DNA of 49,986 nucleotides. Source: Bdellovibrionia bacterium. GTDB lineage: Bacteria > Bdellovibrionota > UBA1018. The notes under the pieces were generated by a model. The model had not been told where the DNA came from, did no database searches, and saw nothing but the letters and a program-made list of their open reading frames with translations. The DNA lies in the NCBI GenBank assembly GCA_045805065.1, contig JBJMMA010000115.1, forward strand, positions 1 through 49,986, given 5' to 3'. Both the position numbers and the translations under genes were made by a program. Shown in pieces: positions 1-9,976 of this stretch (the stretch's first letter is position 1; every line of letters begins with the position of its first letter).

Positions 1-123
1 AAGGTTGGCGGCTGTGGGAAGAAACTTGCTCCCCTCGCCCCTGTAGCTCAACCTGCTCCTGATGAGGGATCGGGGTGCTCCACCGGAGCTTGCTCAACGG
101 ACAATTCAGCCGTCACGACTTGA
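1..123 (+). CDS. Possible 3' end of a gene entering the window (Cys/Gly-containing tail KVGGCGKK...GCSTGACSTDNSAVTT*)
   Basis: Frame 1 is open from base 1 to TGA at 121-123 and overlaps the convergent 113..865 gene by 11 nt. Too short to assign. Confidence 0.3.
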   Translation, partial: KVGGCGKKLAPLAPVAQPAPDEGSGCSTGACSTDNSAVTT

Positions 124-865
124 TCTGATTCGCTTCGATCTCTTTTTGCACCAATTTCGCGCATTGAAGATAGCGTTCGAGCGAAAGATAGATCTGATTT
201 CCTGATACATAGAGAAGCATCAGGAAAATCCCGAGCGCAAAGAACTGAGTGAATGAGCTTGAGGACGCCTCAAACCAGCCCATGATTGATGAAGTCGACC
301 AGCGAGGTTCGGCATGGGGGCTATCAAACGCATCAATTCCCTGAAAAATGAGAAAGAACACAGCCCCCGCAAGCGCGGTCAGATAGCGAGTGCGGTTCTG
401 TACGTTTTGAAGATCGATCTCAAAATTGTCCACGAGCCAGCGCCAACTGGAAAGGCGCTTATCAGCGGCCTTGGGATCAAAAAACTTTGCTCTGATTTCG
501 GTGCAGACGCGGGCGCGCCAGCGCTCTTCCTGAAGAGCGCGGCTTAAAGTCGCTGCGATCCCCCCGCGACGAAACATGACAGGAATCTCGCGAAGCGCAT
601 CCGCGCTCAGCATGTAGAGGCCATAAGCGACGGGAAAAATCACAATGAGCCAGTCCATGTAGCGACTCAGGCGCCTTGGCAGAAAGCCAAGCTTTACTGT
701 CACCAGAACCGAGATTGCCACGACTGCAGGAAGGATGAAGCACCAGAGAAAAACGCCCAACATTCGGCGATTGGCTGCAAGCCTTTCTCGCTGGATGTCT
801 AACCGGACGTAATCAATAAACTCACGATAGAATTCGGAATGCGGGCCTTCAGCCTGACTTTGCAT
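113..865 (-). CDS. Hypothetical membrane protein (about 4 TM segments)
   Basis: 250-aa ORF 9 nt downstream of ymdB, same strand. Hydrophobic stretches include GVFLWCFILPAVVAISVLV, WLIVIFPVAYGLYML, LAGAVFFLIF and FFALGIFLMLLYV. Confidence 0.75.
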   Translation of the reverse strand: MQSQAEGPHSEFYREFIDYVRLDIQRERLAANRRMLGVFLWCFILPAVVAISVLVTVKLGFLPRRLSRYMDWLIVIFPVAYGLYMLSADALREIPVMFRRGGIAATLSRALQEERWRARVCTEIRAKFFDPKAADKRLSSWRWLVDNFEIDLQNVQNRTRYLTALAGAVFFLIFQGIDAFDSPHAEPRWSTSSIMGWFEASSSSFTQFFALGIFLMLLYVSGNQIYLSLERYLQCAKLVQKEIEANQIKS

Positions 866-874
866 ACTCCCAGT

Positions 875-1696
875 CTAGCTGGCTGTTTCAGGCGTGGCAA
901 TGGCTTCACGGAAACGCAGGATGGAGCGGGCTTTTCCAGTCGATTCATCGACATCAATCAGGACTGCGCCATATCCGCCTGGGCCTTCGGCTGGCTCGTA
1001 ACGGATTGGTCTTTTGGTGAGAAACTTCTGGATGGAAATCTCTTTTTTGACCCCGATGACGGAGTCAAAGCAGCCACACATTCCCACATCCGTAATCGCC
1101 GCCGTACCGCCTGCGAGCACGCGCTCATCCGCTGTCTGCACGTGCGAATGGCTCCCAACGACAGCACTTACCTTGCCGTCCATGAAATGGGCAAAAGCCT
1201 GCTTCTCAGAGGTCGCCTCACCGTGGAAATCGACGAGAATGCATTGAATGCCGAGATCATCCAGGCGATTGACCTCAGCCTCGGCCGTTCTGAACGGGCA
1301 CTCAAGCGCGTCCATGAAAACGCGACCCATGACCTGAACGACTCCCAGGCGGAGTCCTTGTTTTTTTCGTGAATCAACCACGGTCGAGCCACGTCCCGGG
1401 ACTTTGAAAGTGGGGTGATCGGGGTAATTGGCAGGACGAATCAACCGAGTGGTTGTCGCCATGAAGGGAATAATCGCCTTTTGGTCCCAGGCATGGTTTC
1501 CAGTCGTAATGACGTCCACGCCCCAGTCAAAGAATTCCTGAGCCATATCCGGCAGGATCCCGTTGCCGTGGGCTGCATTCTCGCCGTTCAGAACGATGAA
1601 GTCCGGCTGATGCTTGGCTGAAATCTTATCGATCGCGATTTTTACCGCTTCGCGTCCGGGACGCCCAAAAGTGTCGCCAAAATAAAGAATCTTCAT
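875..1696 (-). CDS. ymdB: YmdB/TIGR00282-family metallophosphoesterase
   Basis: Motifs ILYFGD, NGENAAHG, TTGNH, RPANYP, DFHGEATSEK, GSHSHVQTAD and TDVGMCG. Confidence 0.95.
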   Translation of the reverse strand: MKILYFGDTFGRPGREAVKIAIDKISAKHQPDFIVLNGENAAHGNGILPDMAQEFFDWGVDVITTGNHAWDQKAIIPFMATTTRLIRPANYPDHPTFKVPGRGSTVVDSRKKQGLRLGVVQVMGRVFMDALECPFRTAEAEVNRLDDLGIQCILVDFHGEATSEKQAFAHFMDGKVSAVVGSHSHVQTADERVLAGGTAAITDVGMCGCFDSVIGVKKEISIQKFLTKRPIRYEPAEGPGGYGAVLIDVDESTGKARSILRFREAIATPETAS

Positions 1697-1700
1697 GATG

Positions 1701-2360
1701 CTAAAACTGACTTTCTAACCGTTTTTCCAACCACTCTTCGGCTCGATCGTTTCGAACCTCGTCGGTCTCAGTGATGATCCAGTCTACCGGCTGATCCCAA
1801 GGCTGCTGGTCCAGCTCTTCCAGCAACTGAAAATCAAAAGCTAGCACTACCCTAAGCGCGCCTGGGATGCGAGGCAGAAATCGGTCGTAAAAGCCCGCGC
1901 CCATTCCCAACCGCTCACCCTGGCGGCCAAAAGCAACGCCAGGGACCAAAACAAGGTCCAACTGACGGGCGTCCGCCGGAGGCAAATCGGCATGAGGTTC
2001 CTGAATCCCGTAAGGGCCTTCTTGCCAGGCCTGATGAGCGTTCTCGCCGCTTAAAACCTGATCAGCTGCAATCTCGACAAACTCCATGTCTCGACTGGCA
2101 AGCTCAGCTGCGTTCAAAACTCTCGGAAAGAAAAGCCTCGTCCCGTAAACCAAAAAACAACGCTCAAGCTCAAGCAGGCTCAACTCGCTTGGCAGTGCTT
2201 GATAAAGCCCGATCTTAAGATCCTTCCAGACTTTTCTGGAAAAACCCGAGAGTTTCAAAAAGCGCGTCACGACAAGCTGGCTTCGTGCACTGATCTCTTC
2301 AGGCGAAAGACTTCTGCGTCGAGCCAGAATTCGCCTGCGAAGAGTGGCTGAATCGGTCAC
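1701..2360 (-). CDS. ygfA: 5-formyltetrahydrofolate cyclo-ligase
   Basis: Motifs YGIQEP, DLVLVPGVAF, RLGMGAGFYDRFL and WDQPVDWIITE. GTG start overlaps the zapA stop. Confidence 0.93.
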   Translation of the reverse strand: MTDSATLRRRILARRRSLSPEEISARSQLVVTRFLKLSGFSRKVWKDLKIGLYQALPSELSLLELERCFLVYGTRLFFPRVLNAAELASRDMEFVEIAADQVLSGENAHQAWQEGPYGIQEPHADLPPADARQLDLVLVPGVAFGRQGERLGMGAGFYDRFLPRIPGALRVVLAFDFQLLEELDQQPWDQPVDWIITETDEVRNDRAEEWLEKRLESQF

Positions 2361-2656
2361 GGCTTCTCGATCAACCTTTGAAGCTCAGCTGCGCGCGCTT
2401 CAATCTCGGACTTGTAATGAGCAGTGCGTTTTTTAGCGCGAACGTACTCTTCAGCCAGATCCAAGAGCGCGAGAAGCGTGACTTGATGGCGAGACTTCTG
2501 TCCTGTCAGGCGTTTTTCCACGGCTTCCAATCGGCTCGAAACAAGCTCAATCACTTCGGCTGTAAACTCTGGATCATTATCCGTCGTTTTCAGAGCGATT
2601 CTCTGACCTAAGAGTCGAATCTCAGCAGTGATCGGAGTTTGTTTTTCGCGTTCCAT
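2357..2656 (-). CDS. zapA: Cell division protein ZapA
   Basis: 99 aa with an N-terminal beta hairpin (EIRLLGQRIALKT), LLALLDLAEEY motif and C-terminal coiled coil. Canonical position before ygfA. Confidence 0.8.
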   Translation of the reverse strand: MEREKQTPITAEIRLLGQRIALKTTDNDPEFTAEVIELVSSRLEAVEKRLTGQKSRHQVTLLALLDLAEEYVRAKKRTAHYKSEIEARAAELQRLIEKP

Positions 2657-2668
2657 AGAAGCAGCCTC

Positions 2669-3856
2669 TTAGAACGCCTCAACAACAAGCGCGATGCCTT
2701 GGCCGCCACCGATACAGGCAGAAACCAATCCGTAGCGCTTGCCGCGACGCTTAAGTTCGTAAAGCATCGCTTGCGTGATCCGCGTTCCGCTTGCAGCAAG
2801 CGGATGTCCGATGGCAACGGCTCCGCCGTTGACGTTGAACTTGTTGCGATCGATTCCAAGCTCTTTCTCCACGGCCAGGGCTTGTTGAGCAAACGCTTCG
2901 TTCACTTCAACAAGATCCATTTGATCCATGGTCATGCCAGCACGCTGAAGCGCCTGGCGAGAAGCTGGAGCTGGGCCGATGCCCATCATTTTTGGATCGC
3001 ATCCACTGATACCGTAAGAGACAAGGCGACCCAGTGGCTTTGCGCCACGGCGCTTGGCTTCAGCTTCGGTTGCAACAACAAGAACTGCGGCACCATCCAC
3101 GATGCCGCTCGCGTTGCCAGCTGTCACCATTCCATCTTTTTTGAAGACAGGCTTAAGCTTTGTCAGCGTTTCGATCGTCGTCTCAGGCTTTGGATGCTCG
3201 TCTTTATCAAGAGTCATCGGATTACCTTTGCGATCTTTTGTCGTAAAAGGCGCGATCTCATCTTTGAAACGGCCTGCGGCTTGCGCCTCGGCGGTGAGCT
3301 TTTGGCTGCGAAGAGCAAACTCATCGGTAGCCTGGCGAGTGATCTGGTATTTCTCAGCCAGGTTCTCGGCCGTGATCGCCATTGGAATTCCAGCGTAAGA
3401 GTCTGTCAGTGACTCCATCATCATGTCGGCCATTTGAGAATGGCCCATTTTCACGCCCCAGCGTCCACCGCGGAACACATAAGGCGCCATGCTCATGTTC
3501 TCAACGCCACCGACCAGAGCGATCTTCGTATCGCCAGCCAGCATCTGATGGAAAGCTTCGACGACGACCTGAAAGCCGGTACCGCAAAGGCGATTCACGC
3601 CCAAAGCAGGAATCGCTTCAGGCACGCCGAGTTTCAATCCCAGGTGTCTTGGCGAATAAATCGCGTCTGCTGAAGAATGGATCACGTTTCCAAAGATCAC
3701 GTGATCGATCTCTTGAGGTGCGACTTTGGCTTGTTCCAAAGCTGCTTGTCCGGCGCTGACTCCCAAATCGGTCGGATTGATGTCTTTCAATGATCCACCA
3801 TAGGATCCGAACGGAGTGCGCTTGCCTGCCAGGAAAACAAGAGTGGTTTCGCTCAT
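2669..3856 (-). CDS. Acetyl-CoA C-acyltransferase (thiolase)
   Basis: Motifs KRTPFG, NRLCGTG (catalytic Cys), NEAFA, GHPLAASG and CIGGGQG. Start reassigned to ATG 3856 (MSETTLVF). Confidence 0.95.
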   Translation of the reverse strand: MSETTLVFLAGKRTPFGSYGGSLKDINPTDLGVSAGQAALEQAKVAPQEIDHVIFGNVIHSSADAIYSPRHLGLKLGVPEAIPALGVNRLCGTGFQVVVEAFHQMLAGDTKIALVGGVENMSMAPYVFRGGRWGVKMGHSQMADMMMESLTDSYAGIPMAITAENLAEKYQITRQATDEFALRSQKLTAEAQAAGRFKDEIAPFTTKDRKGNPMTLDKDEHPKPETTIETLTKLKPVFKKDGMVTAGNASGIVDGAAVLVVATEAEAKRRGAKPLGRLVSYGISGCDPKMMGIGPAPASRQALQRAGMTMDQMDLVEVNEAFAQQALAVEKELGIDRNKFNVNGGAVAIGHPLAASGTRITQAMLYELKRRGKRYGLVSACIGGGQGIALVVEAF

Positions 3857-3977
3857 TCCCCTATTAAGCGTCAAAAATTTGAATCTTTCAAGATCTCTAG
3901 CCACTTGTGGGCAAAAGCTGCCTCTTTCGCAGTGCTCCTTGTTCCAGCCATAATGGATCGTAGGGGTGACTCTCAAG

Positions 3978-4430
3978 ATGTCGATGGAACTCAAAAACTC
4001 CACCACCGATGAGCTCAGGCTCCGGAACAGCATGGCGCAGACGCAGCAGCGCTATGAAATGGAGATGCGCGACAAAGAACGCACCCACTCTGACGAGCTG
4101 CAGCGCTTGATGGAAAACCAAACCAAGCAGCTGGACGACCTGCACCGAGACTACGATGTCAGGATTTCGCAGGAAGCGGAGAGCCTCGAACAAAAGCTGC
4201 ATGAGATCCGCTTACACAATGATGAGAGAATCCATACCGAGCAGCAGTCAGGCGAGAAGGAGCTTGAAAAAGTGAAGCTCGCTAACCGCCAGAAGATCGA
4301 AGAATACAAAAAGAACGGCGAAGCGCAGGTCGAAGCGGTTCGCAAACAACTCCAGGCTTCCGCCGAGACGCTCCAAGCACAGGCCAAGAAGAGGGAGAAG
4401 CAAAACCAAATCAAGGAGTCTGCGACATGA
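3978..4430 (+). CDS. Hypothetical coiled-coil protein
   Basis: E/Q/K/R-rich helical ORF divergent from thiolase. AGGGGTGA upstream of ATG 3978 (GTG 3966 is an alternative start). Confidence 0.7.
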   Translation: MSMELKNSTTDELRLRNSMAQTQQRYEMEMRDKERTHSDELQRLMENQTKQLDDLHRDYDVRISQEAESLEQKLHEIRLHNDERIHTEQQSGEKELEKVKLANRQKIEEYKKNGEAQVEAVRKQLQASAETLQAQAKKREKQNQIKESAT

Positions 4431-4654
4431 TGAACAAATACACGAACACCGGAACCAACTCCCCTGCTCCTGCACAAGCGGGAGGCCCCCAAGAAGAAGA
4501 GCGGATCCGTGTGAATGGATTTGGCCAGGTTTTGGAAATGCTCAAGATCGCGGACCCTGATTTCCGCGAATCCCTGCTCCGTCGTCTCAGCAACAAAGAT
4601 CCAGAACTGGGACGTCAGCTCCGTCAGGATCTTCGCAAGCTTGGCTTGCTCTAA
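4427..4654 (+). CDS. Small hypothetical protein, possibly FliG-fragment-like helical module
   Basis: AAGGAG RBS and ATGA overlap with the upstream ORF. Sequence includes GFGQVLEMLKIADPDFRESLLRRLSNKDPELGRQLR. Confidence 0.65.
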   Translation: MMNKYTNTGTNSPAPAQAGGPQEEERIRVNGFGQVLEMLKIADPDFRESLLRRLSNKDPELGRQLRQDLRKLGLL

Positions 4655-4658
4655 AATA

Positions 4659-5573
4659 TCACTTCTCTAGAAGCGCGCCGTATCTCAGTCCACGCGTACT
4701 GATCCGGCAGTGTGGGAACTCAAGAAGCTCCATCGCGCGCCAGAGGATCATTGCGCCCGCAAGAAGCACGTCTGCGCGTTTTGGCTCAAGGCCAGGAAGC
4801 TTGCAGCGCTCTTCAACTGTACGCCATTTCAACTCCTCCACCAGGCGATGAATATCGCCACGTGTGAGAGTCAGAGTATTGAGAGCTTGAGGATCAAATT
4901 TCGTCAGGCCCAGGTGCCAGGCTGCGAGAGTCGTTGCGGTTCCTGCAACAGCCACAAGCTCCGTCCCCTTCGGGCAGGATTTGCGCCAGGACTTCAAAAC
5001 TTCCAGCTGTGAATCAATTGCGTCCTGGCAGGCCCAGAATTCTTCGTCCGTCACGGGGTCAGATTTCAAAAAGCGCTCAGTGTAGCGAACGGAACCGATA
5101 TCAACGCTTTGGCCCCCGCTCGTTCCGATGAGCTCCGTGCTTCCTCCTCCAATATCAATCACGGCGGAAGTTTCGGGTGTGAGATCCGGAAGCAATGCGC
5201 CCTCGAACGTGAGGCGAGCTTCTTCATCGCCTGAGATCACACGAAAGCGAAAACCCGTTTCTTTTTCGACGCGCGAGAAGAACTCAGCGCCATTCTTTGC
5301 GTCACGTGCCTGGCTTGTTGCCACGCAAACCGTGTCTTTTGGGTCAGCACCTGCCGCGCGAACCTTCTCAGAATAGCCCTTCAGGCAATCCAAGGTTCTT
5401 TGCATGGCCGTGTCTTTAAGCGTGCGGTTCTGATCCACTCCTTCACCGAGCCTGACCACCGTCGCGTAATCGCCGATCTCACGGCGAATCACTGAACGTC
5501 CGCCTTCTTTCTCAACGTCAGCAATCAAAAGAAGACAGGTGTTGGTACCCAGATCGATGGAGGAGCGGATCAC
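4659..5573 (-). CDS. ppx: Ppx/GppA-family exopolyphosphatase
   Basis: Motifs IDLGTNT, VRLGEG, VATSQARDA, ISGDEEA, DIGGGSTE and GLRYG. Confidence 0.93.
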   Translation of the reverse strand: MIRSSIDLGTNTCLLLIADVEKEGGRSVIRREIGDYATVVRLGEGVDQNRTLKDTAMQRTLDCLKGYSEKVRAAGADPKDTVCVATSQARDAKNGAEFFSRVEKETGFRFRVISGDEEARLTFEGALLPDLTPETSAVIDIGGGSTELIGTSGGQSVDIGSVRYTERFLKSDPVTDEEFWACQDAIDSQLEVLKSWRKSCPKGTELVAVAGTATTLAAWHLGLTKFDPQALNTLTLTRGDIHRLVEELKWRTVEERCKLPGLEPKRADVLLAGAMILWRAMELLEFPHCRISTRGLRYGALLEK

Positions 5574-5584
5574 TGAAGCCTCGC

Positions 5585-6031
5585 TTATTCGTTTTCTTCA
5601 ACCGATGCTGGCTTCACGCCGGCACTGGTGGATTCTTTACCTTGGTTAAGTTTGAATTTAAGCTTGAAGATCTCTTTGTCTTTGCCTTCGGCTTGCTCTT
5701 TCCAGTACTTCACTTCCTGCTCAAGCTCAGCGATACGCTTTTCGCGCTCATGAGCCACGGAGTAATAGCCTTCCGAGAAGGTTTCGCTTTGCGGGCTGAA
5801 CTGACCGACGCGCGTTTCGCCGTCCACAATGCCCTTCACGCGGTAAGACCCGTCTTCTGCTTTTTCAGCCGAGACGACTTGCACGTCAAAGGATTTGCCT
5901 GGATATGCCTTATCCGACCAGTAACGAGCGGCAGCTTCCTTAGCGCGATTGAGGTTCTTGGTATCCGATGCGCATCCAGCGATCATGACAGCCAGCGCGA
6001 CTCCCACTAACAATCTATTCTTGAACAACAT
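5585..6031 (-). CDS. Hypothetical lipoprotein with C-terminal coiled coil
   Basis: Lipobox IAGC after a hydrophobic signal. GAGGAG RBS before ATG 6031. Confidence 0.75.
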   Translation of the reverse strand: MLFKNRLLVGVALAVMIAGCASDTKNLNRAKEAAARYWSDKAYPGKSFDVQVVSAEKAEDGSYRVKGIVDGETRVGQFSPQSETFSEGYYSVAHEREKRIAELEQEVKYWKEQAEGKDKEIFKLKFKLNQGKESTSAGVKPASVEENE

Positions 6032-6065
6032 GTTCACTCCTCTCGGTTTTCATCTCAAATCCCGG

Positions 6066-8504
6066 TCAGTGCCCGAAAAGCTTCTTGCCGATATCGGACA
6101 AAGGATTGTTTCCACCGCCACCGGATGGAAGACCCTTGAGGATATCCTTTGCCTTGTTCTGAAGCTCGGACTTTGCCTTGCTCTTCAGCCCACCCATCGC
6201 ATTGTTCATTGCCACTTTGGCCAGGAACTCTGGAACTTGGGTGTACGAATAACAAGGTGCCATGAGAGTGCATCCAACGGAAACAGGAAAGCGCACAGGA
6301 CCGTTTCCTTCCGCCAAGATGTGATTCACTTCAACGCCGCTCTGATTGACCGAGATGTCTTTGGCGTGGGTTACGTTATAAGTATCAATGACTTCGAAGT
6401 TTGCCTTCACGGATTGATCCTTCAGGCCGACCGCTACGTCGCCCTTCAGATCAATGCCCTTATTAGGAGCAGCTTTGGCCACGAAGTTAGGCGCCGTGAA
6501 CTGTCCTCCATGAATCGTGAAATCCGAGGAGACGACATCATAGCGAGATTCTCTGGCCTGATTGCTGGCCACCGTCTTGCCTTTCAAGGCAGGGATTTTG
6601 TCCGCGATTTTTCCAATCGCGCCATTGAGTCCCTCACTCACCATCTTGCCGACATCCAGCGTCGTAAAGACAGCATTCTCAACTCGGAACTTGCCTTTGG
6701 AATTGAGATTGCTCATGGCAGGCTCCGTATTGAAGCTTGCGCCCGTCCCGCTCATGTCAAACGAAGCAAGCCCGGTGAGCGTGTTCTTGAATGCCTGGAA
6801 TTGAGAGGCCACGGCTTGCGCGATATCGAGCTTGCTGACCGAAGCATCAAACTTATAGGTCGGAGCTTTTGGACGAAGATTGGTTGAGAACGAGGCTTTC
6901 ACTCCGCCGTTGAACAATCTCATGCTCGCCGAATCCACCGATGCCACGAGATCGCGCATCGACATCTTGCTCGTGATATCCGACATCACAACGCCCTTGG
7001 CCTTCATCTGATGAATGTTCACGCCGATATTTGCCACCAGGTTCTGGATGGCTTTATTGGTGCGAAGCGGTTCAACGGATGCATCAAGATCGGATTTCGG
7101 AGCAGTATTGTCAGCTGTCGTAGGAGCTGAGGTCTTTCCTTCTCCTCCTGCTTTCTTTTCAGCAGGCGGAGGGAAATTGACCAATTGATCGAGATCCATT
7201 CCCGTTGAGGTGACCTGGAAGTCAGCCTTCGGAGCCTGGAAGTTCACGACCTTGCCTTGGATCTTAAGATCGTTGCCCGGAGCGCTCATCGTCATCAAAA
7301 GATGATCGATCTGATCCGTGACCACGCTGATCGTTGCATCAAACTTAGGCTGCGCCTTGAGGTTCGGTGCTTTTGCAGTCAGAGCGTTCACCTTGAGCAA
7401 GGCCTTATAGCCCAGCTTATCCGCAGGACCATTGGCTTCTGCGCTCAGGTCAGCGTTTCCACCGAGCTCATACTCCGTCAGCATCGGAACAAGCTGGTTC
7501 CATGGCTTAAGCTCAATGGTGTTGGATTTCATGGAAAAGTTCACAATAGCTGCCGTCTTGCCGTTTGCGTCTTTTGCGCTCAGGTTCGTCAGGCTGCCTT
7601 TTCCTTGAACTTCCGCGTTGAAGAACTTGATCACAGCCGATTTGATTTCGGCCGCTTCTGGAGATGCCGTCATCGTCAGATCCGCGTGAGCATCCACTCC
7701 TTTGGCCTTATGAAAAACCTGGCCGACACGAATATCGAGATCATCGAGGCTCATCTTGGCCTTGAGATCAACAGACTGGAATTTTCCACCGCTCACCTTT
7801 GGGTCAGCGTTCGCAGTGAGACGGATCGGACCTTTGACAACCGTGTCACCACCTTTCTTGTCGGCGGCCTTGGTTTCAGAATCCAGGTTTGCGACGACTT
7901 CAAGCGACATCTCATGGCTGAGCGAGAGATTCTTTGCTTTCACATTGAGATCGCTGACTTTAGTTTCGCTGTTGAGCAACTCGTCTTTATAGGTCAACAA
8001 GGCGTTGTTGATTTCCATTCCGAGGCGGGAGTTTGCAACCAGGCCAGGAAGCTTGGTTTCTTTATCTTGTGGCGCTTGCGCCTTTGCCGCGCTGTCTTGA
8101 GCGGCTTGAGCTGGTGATTCCTTCATCAAGTTCATGACGTTGAGCTTACCGCTCTTATCCTTGACGACGTTCAGCGCAGGTTGCTGCATGTTGAGAGTGA
8201 GAGCCGGAGATCCACTCAAGATGGAGGAGAACGGCAGGTGAAAGTAAGCATCTTTCACGGCCACGACTTTATTGCCTTGCGTATCGGTCAGCTGCAGGCC
8301 ATCGATCTGAATTTTCACCTGACCCCAGAGGGACAAGGAGAGCTTTCCAAGCTCAAGCTTTCCGTTCAAGCGCTGATCCGCAGCGTTCACGATCTGCGGG
8401 CGATACTTATCGACATCCACAAACAGCGGCACCGCGATCGCAGCGATCACGAAAAGACCAATTAAAATTCCAAAAACAATCGCAAGCTTTTTGACTAAGT
8501 TCAC
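6066..8504 (-). CDS. asmA: AsmA-family protein
   Basis: N-terminal TM followed by DVDKYRPQI...LSLSLW, then a long beta-rich body typical of AsmA-like lipid-bridge proteins. Confidence 0.85.
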   Translation of the reverse strand: MNLVKKLAIVFGILIGLFVIAAIAVPLFVDVDKYRPQIVNAADQRLNGKLELGKLSLSLWGQVKIQIDGLQLTDTQGNKVVAVKDAYFHLPFSSILSGSPALTLNMQQPALNVVKDKSGKLNVMNLMKESPAQAAQDSAAKAQAPQDKETKLPGLVANSRLGMEINNALLTYKDELLNSETKVSDLNVKAKNLSLSHEMSLEVVANLDSETKAADKKGGDTVVKGPIRLTANADPKVSGGKFQSVDLKAKMSLDDLDIRVGQVFHKAKGVDAHADLTMTASPEAAEIKSAVIKFFNAEVQGKGSLTNLSAKDANGKTAAIVNFSMKSNTIELKPWNQLVPMLTEYELGGNADLSAEANGPADKLGYKALLKVNALTAKAPNLKAQPKFDATISVVTDQIDHLLMTMSAPGNDLKIQGKVVNFQAPKADFQVTSTGMDLDQLVNFPPPAEKKAGGEGKTSAPTTADNTAPKSDLDASVEPLRTNKAIQNLVANIGVNIHQMKAKGVVMSDITSKMSMRDLVASVDSASMRLFNGGVKASFSTNLRPKAPTYKFDASVSKLDIAQAVASQFQAFKNTLTGLASFDMSGTGASFNTEPAMSNLNSKGKFRVENAVFTTLDVGKMVSEGLNGAIGKIADKIPALKGKTVASNQARESRYDVVSSDFTIHGGQFTAPNFVAKAAPNKGIDLKGDVAVGLKDQSVKANFEVIDTYNVTHAKDISVNQSGVEVNHILAEGNGPVRFPVSVGCTLMAPCYSYTQVPEFLAKVAMNNAMGGLKSKAKSELQNKAKDILKGLPSGGGGNNPLSDIGKKLFGH

Positions 8505-8518
8505 AGTCGTATCCTTTT

Positions 8519-9973
8519 TTAAGACGAAAGTTTCTTACGAATCAGCTCTTGCAGCAGAGCAGGGTTTGCTTTGCCGCCTGTGGCCTTCATGACCTGGCCC
8601 ACGAAAAATCCCAGAATCTTCTCTTTTCCAGACTTAAATTCAGCGACCTGAGCAGGATGCTCCGCGATCACTTTTTCGATCGCAGGATCCAGCGGCCCGA
8701 CATCGCTGACCTGTTTCAATCCTTCACGATCAACAATCACCTGGACGTCATCGCCTGTCTTCCAGACCGTCAGAATGACTTGCTTGGCTCCTGTGCTGGA
8801 AATCGTCTGACTCTGGCCGAGCTTCACGATTTCCGCGACATGAGATGGCGTCACCTTACTCTGGTGGATCTCGATCCCCTCTTCGTTGGCAAGGCGCGTG
8901 AGCTCGCCGCTGATCCAGTTAGCAGCAGGCTTTCCTGCCGCCTTCCGATCCATTCCGCCTTGGACGAGGATTTCAATCGTTTGCTCAAAGTACTCGGCAA
9001 CTGTCTTGGACGAGGTCAGTACTCCTGCATCGTTAGCGTTGAGCCCCATCTCAGCCATGTAGCGCTGACGGCGCTGACTTGGAAGCTCAGGCAGGGTTCC
9101 ACGAACCTGCTCAATCCAGGCCGGGCTGACCTGCACTTCAATCAAGTCAGGGTCTGGAAAATACCGATAATCCATCGCCTCTTCTTTTGAGCGCTGAACG
9201 GTCGTTACGTTTCGTGATGAATCGTAACCGCGAGTCTCTTGAATAATCCGACCGCCGGCTTTGACGACTTCAATCTGCCGGGCAATCTCATACTCGATCG
9301 CTTTTTCAATGAACTTGAACGAATTGACATTCTTGATCTCAACGCGCGTGCCAAACTTCGTCGAGCCCCTGGGCATCACTGACACGTTGGCATCACAACG
9401 GAAGTTGCCTTCCTGCATATTGCCGTCGCAAATCCCAAGATAGGTCACAACGGCATGAAGGGCGCGAAGATAGGCTCCTGCCTCCTCGGCGCTCTTCATC
9501 TCGGGACCGCTCACGATCTCAATCAGCGGAACGCCCGCACGGTTGAGGTTCACAAGCGAGTAGCCTGACATATGCTGGTTCTTTCCAGCATCCTCTTCCA
9601 TGTGGATGCGCTGGATATTAATGCGGCGCGATCCTTGAGCGGTTTCGATTTCAAGATAGCCGTTCTCGCAAATGGGCTTTTCGTACTGGCTGATCTGATA
9701 GCCCTTGGGAAGGTCAGGATAAAAATAGTTTTTGCGCGCAAAAACGTTTTTCTGACGGATCTCAGACTGAGTCGCCAAACCTGCCTTGATCGCGTACTCC
9801 ACTGCCTTGCGATTCAAGACGGGAAGAGCTCCCGGCTGCCCCGTGCATACAGGGCAAGTGTTTGCGTTGGTTTCAGCGTTGGATTGAACAGGACAGCTGC
9901 AGAAGATCTTGCTCTGAGTGGAGAGCTGGCAATGGACTTCGAGGCCGATGACAGCTTCAAATTCGCCCGACAT
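8519..9973 (-). CDS. gatB: Asp/Glu-tRNA amidotransferase subunit B
   Basis: Motifs VIGLEVH, RKNYFYPDLPKGYQISQ, HMEEDAGK and YRYFPDPDL. Confidence 0.98.
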   Translation of the reverse strand: MSGEFEAVIGLEVHCQLSTQSKIFCSCPVQSNAETNANTCPVCTGQPGALPVLNRKAVEYAIKAGLATQSEIRQKNVFARKNYFYPDLPKGYQISQYEKPICENGYLEIETAQGSRRINIQRIHMEEDAGKNQHMSGYSLVNLNRAGVPLIEIVSGPEMKSAEEAGAYLRALHAVVTYLGICDGNMQEGNFRCDANVSVMPRGSTKFGTRVEIKNVNSFKFIEKAIEYEIARQIEVVKAGGRIIQETRGYDSSRNVTTVQRSKEEAMDYRYFPDPDLIEVQVSPAWIEQVRGTLPELPSQRRQRYMAEMGLNANDAGVLTSSKTVAEYFEQTIEILVQGGMDRKAAGKPAANWISGELTRLANEEGIEIHQSKVTPSHVAEIVKLGQSQTISSTGAKQVILTVWKTGDDVQVIVDREGLKQVSDVGPLDPAIEKVIAEHPAQVAEFKSGKEKILGFFVGQVMKATGGKANPALLQELIRKKLSS

Positions 9974-9976
9974 GGC

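Noticed and set aside
3857..4033. 59-aa N-terminal extension of thiolase in the ORF track
   Set aside because: Thiolase similarity starts at MSETT, and the extension overlaps the divergent ORF.
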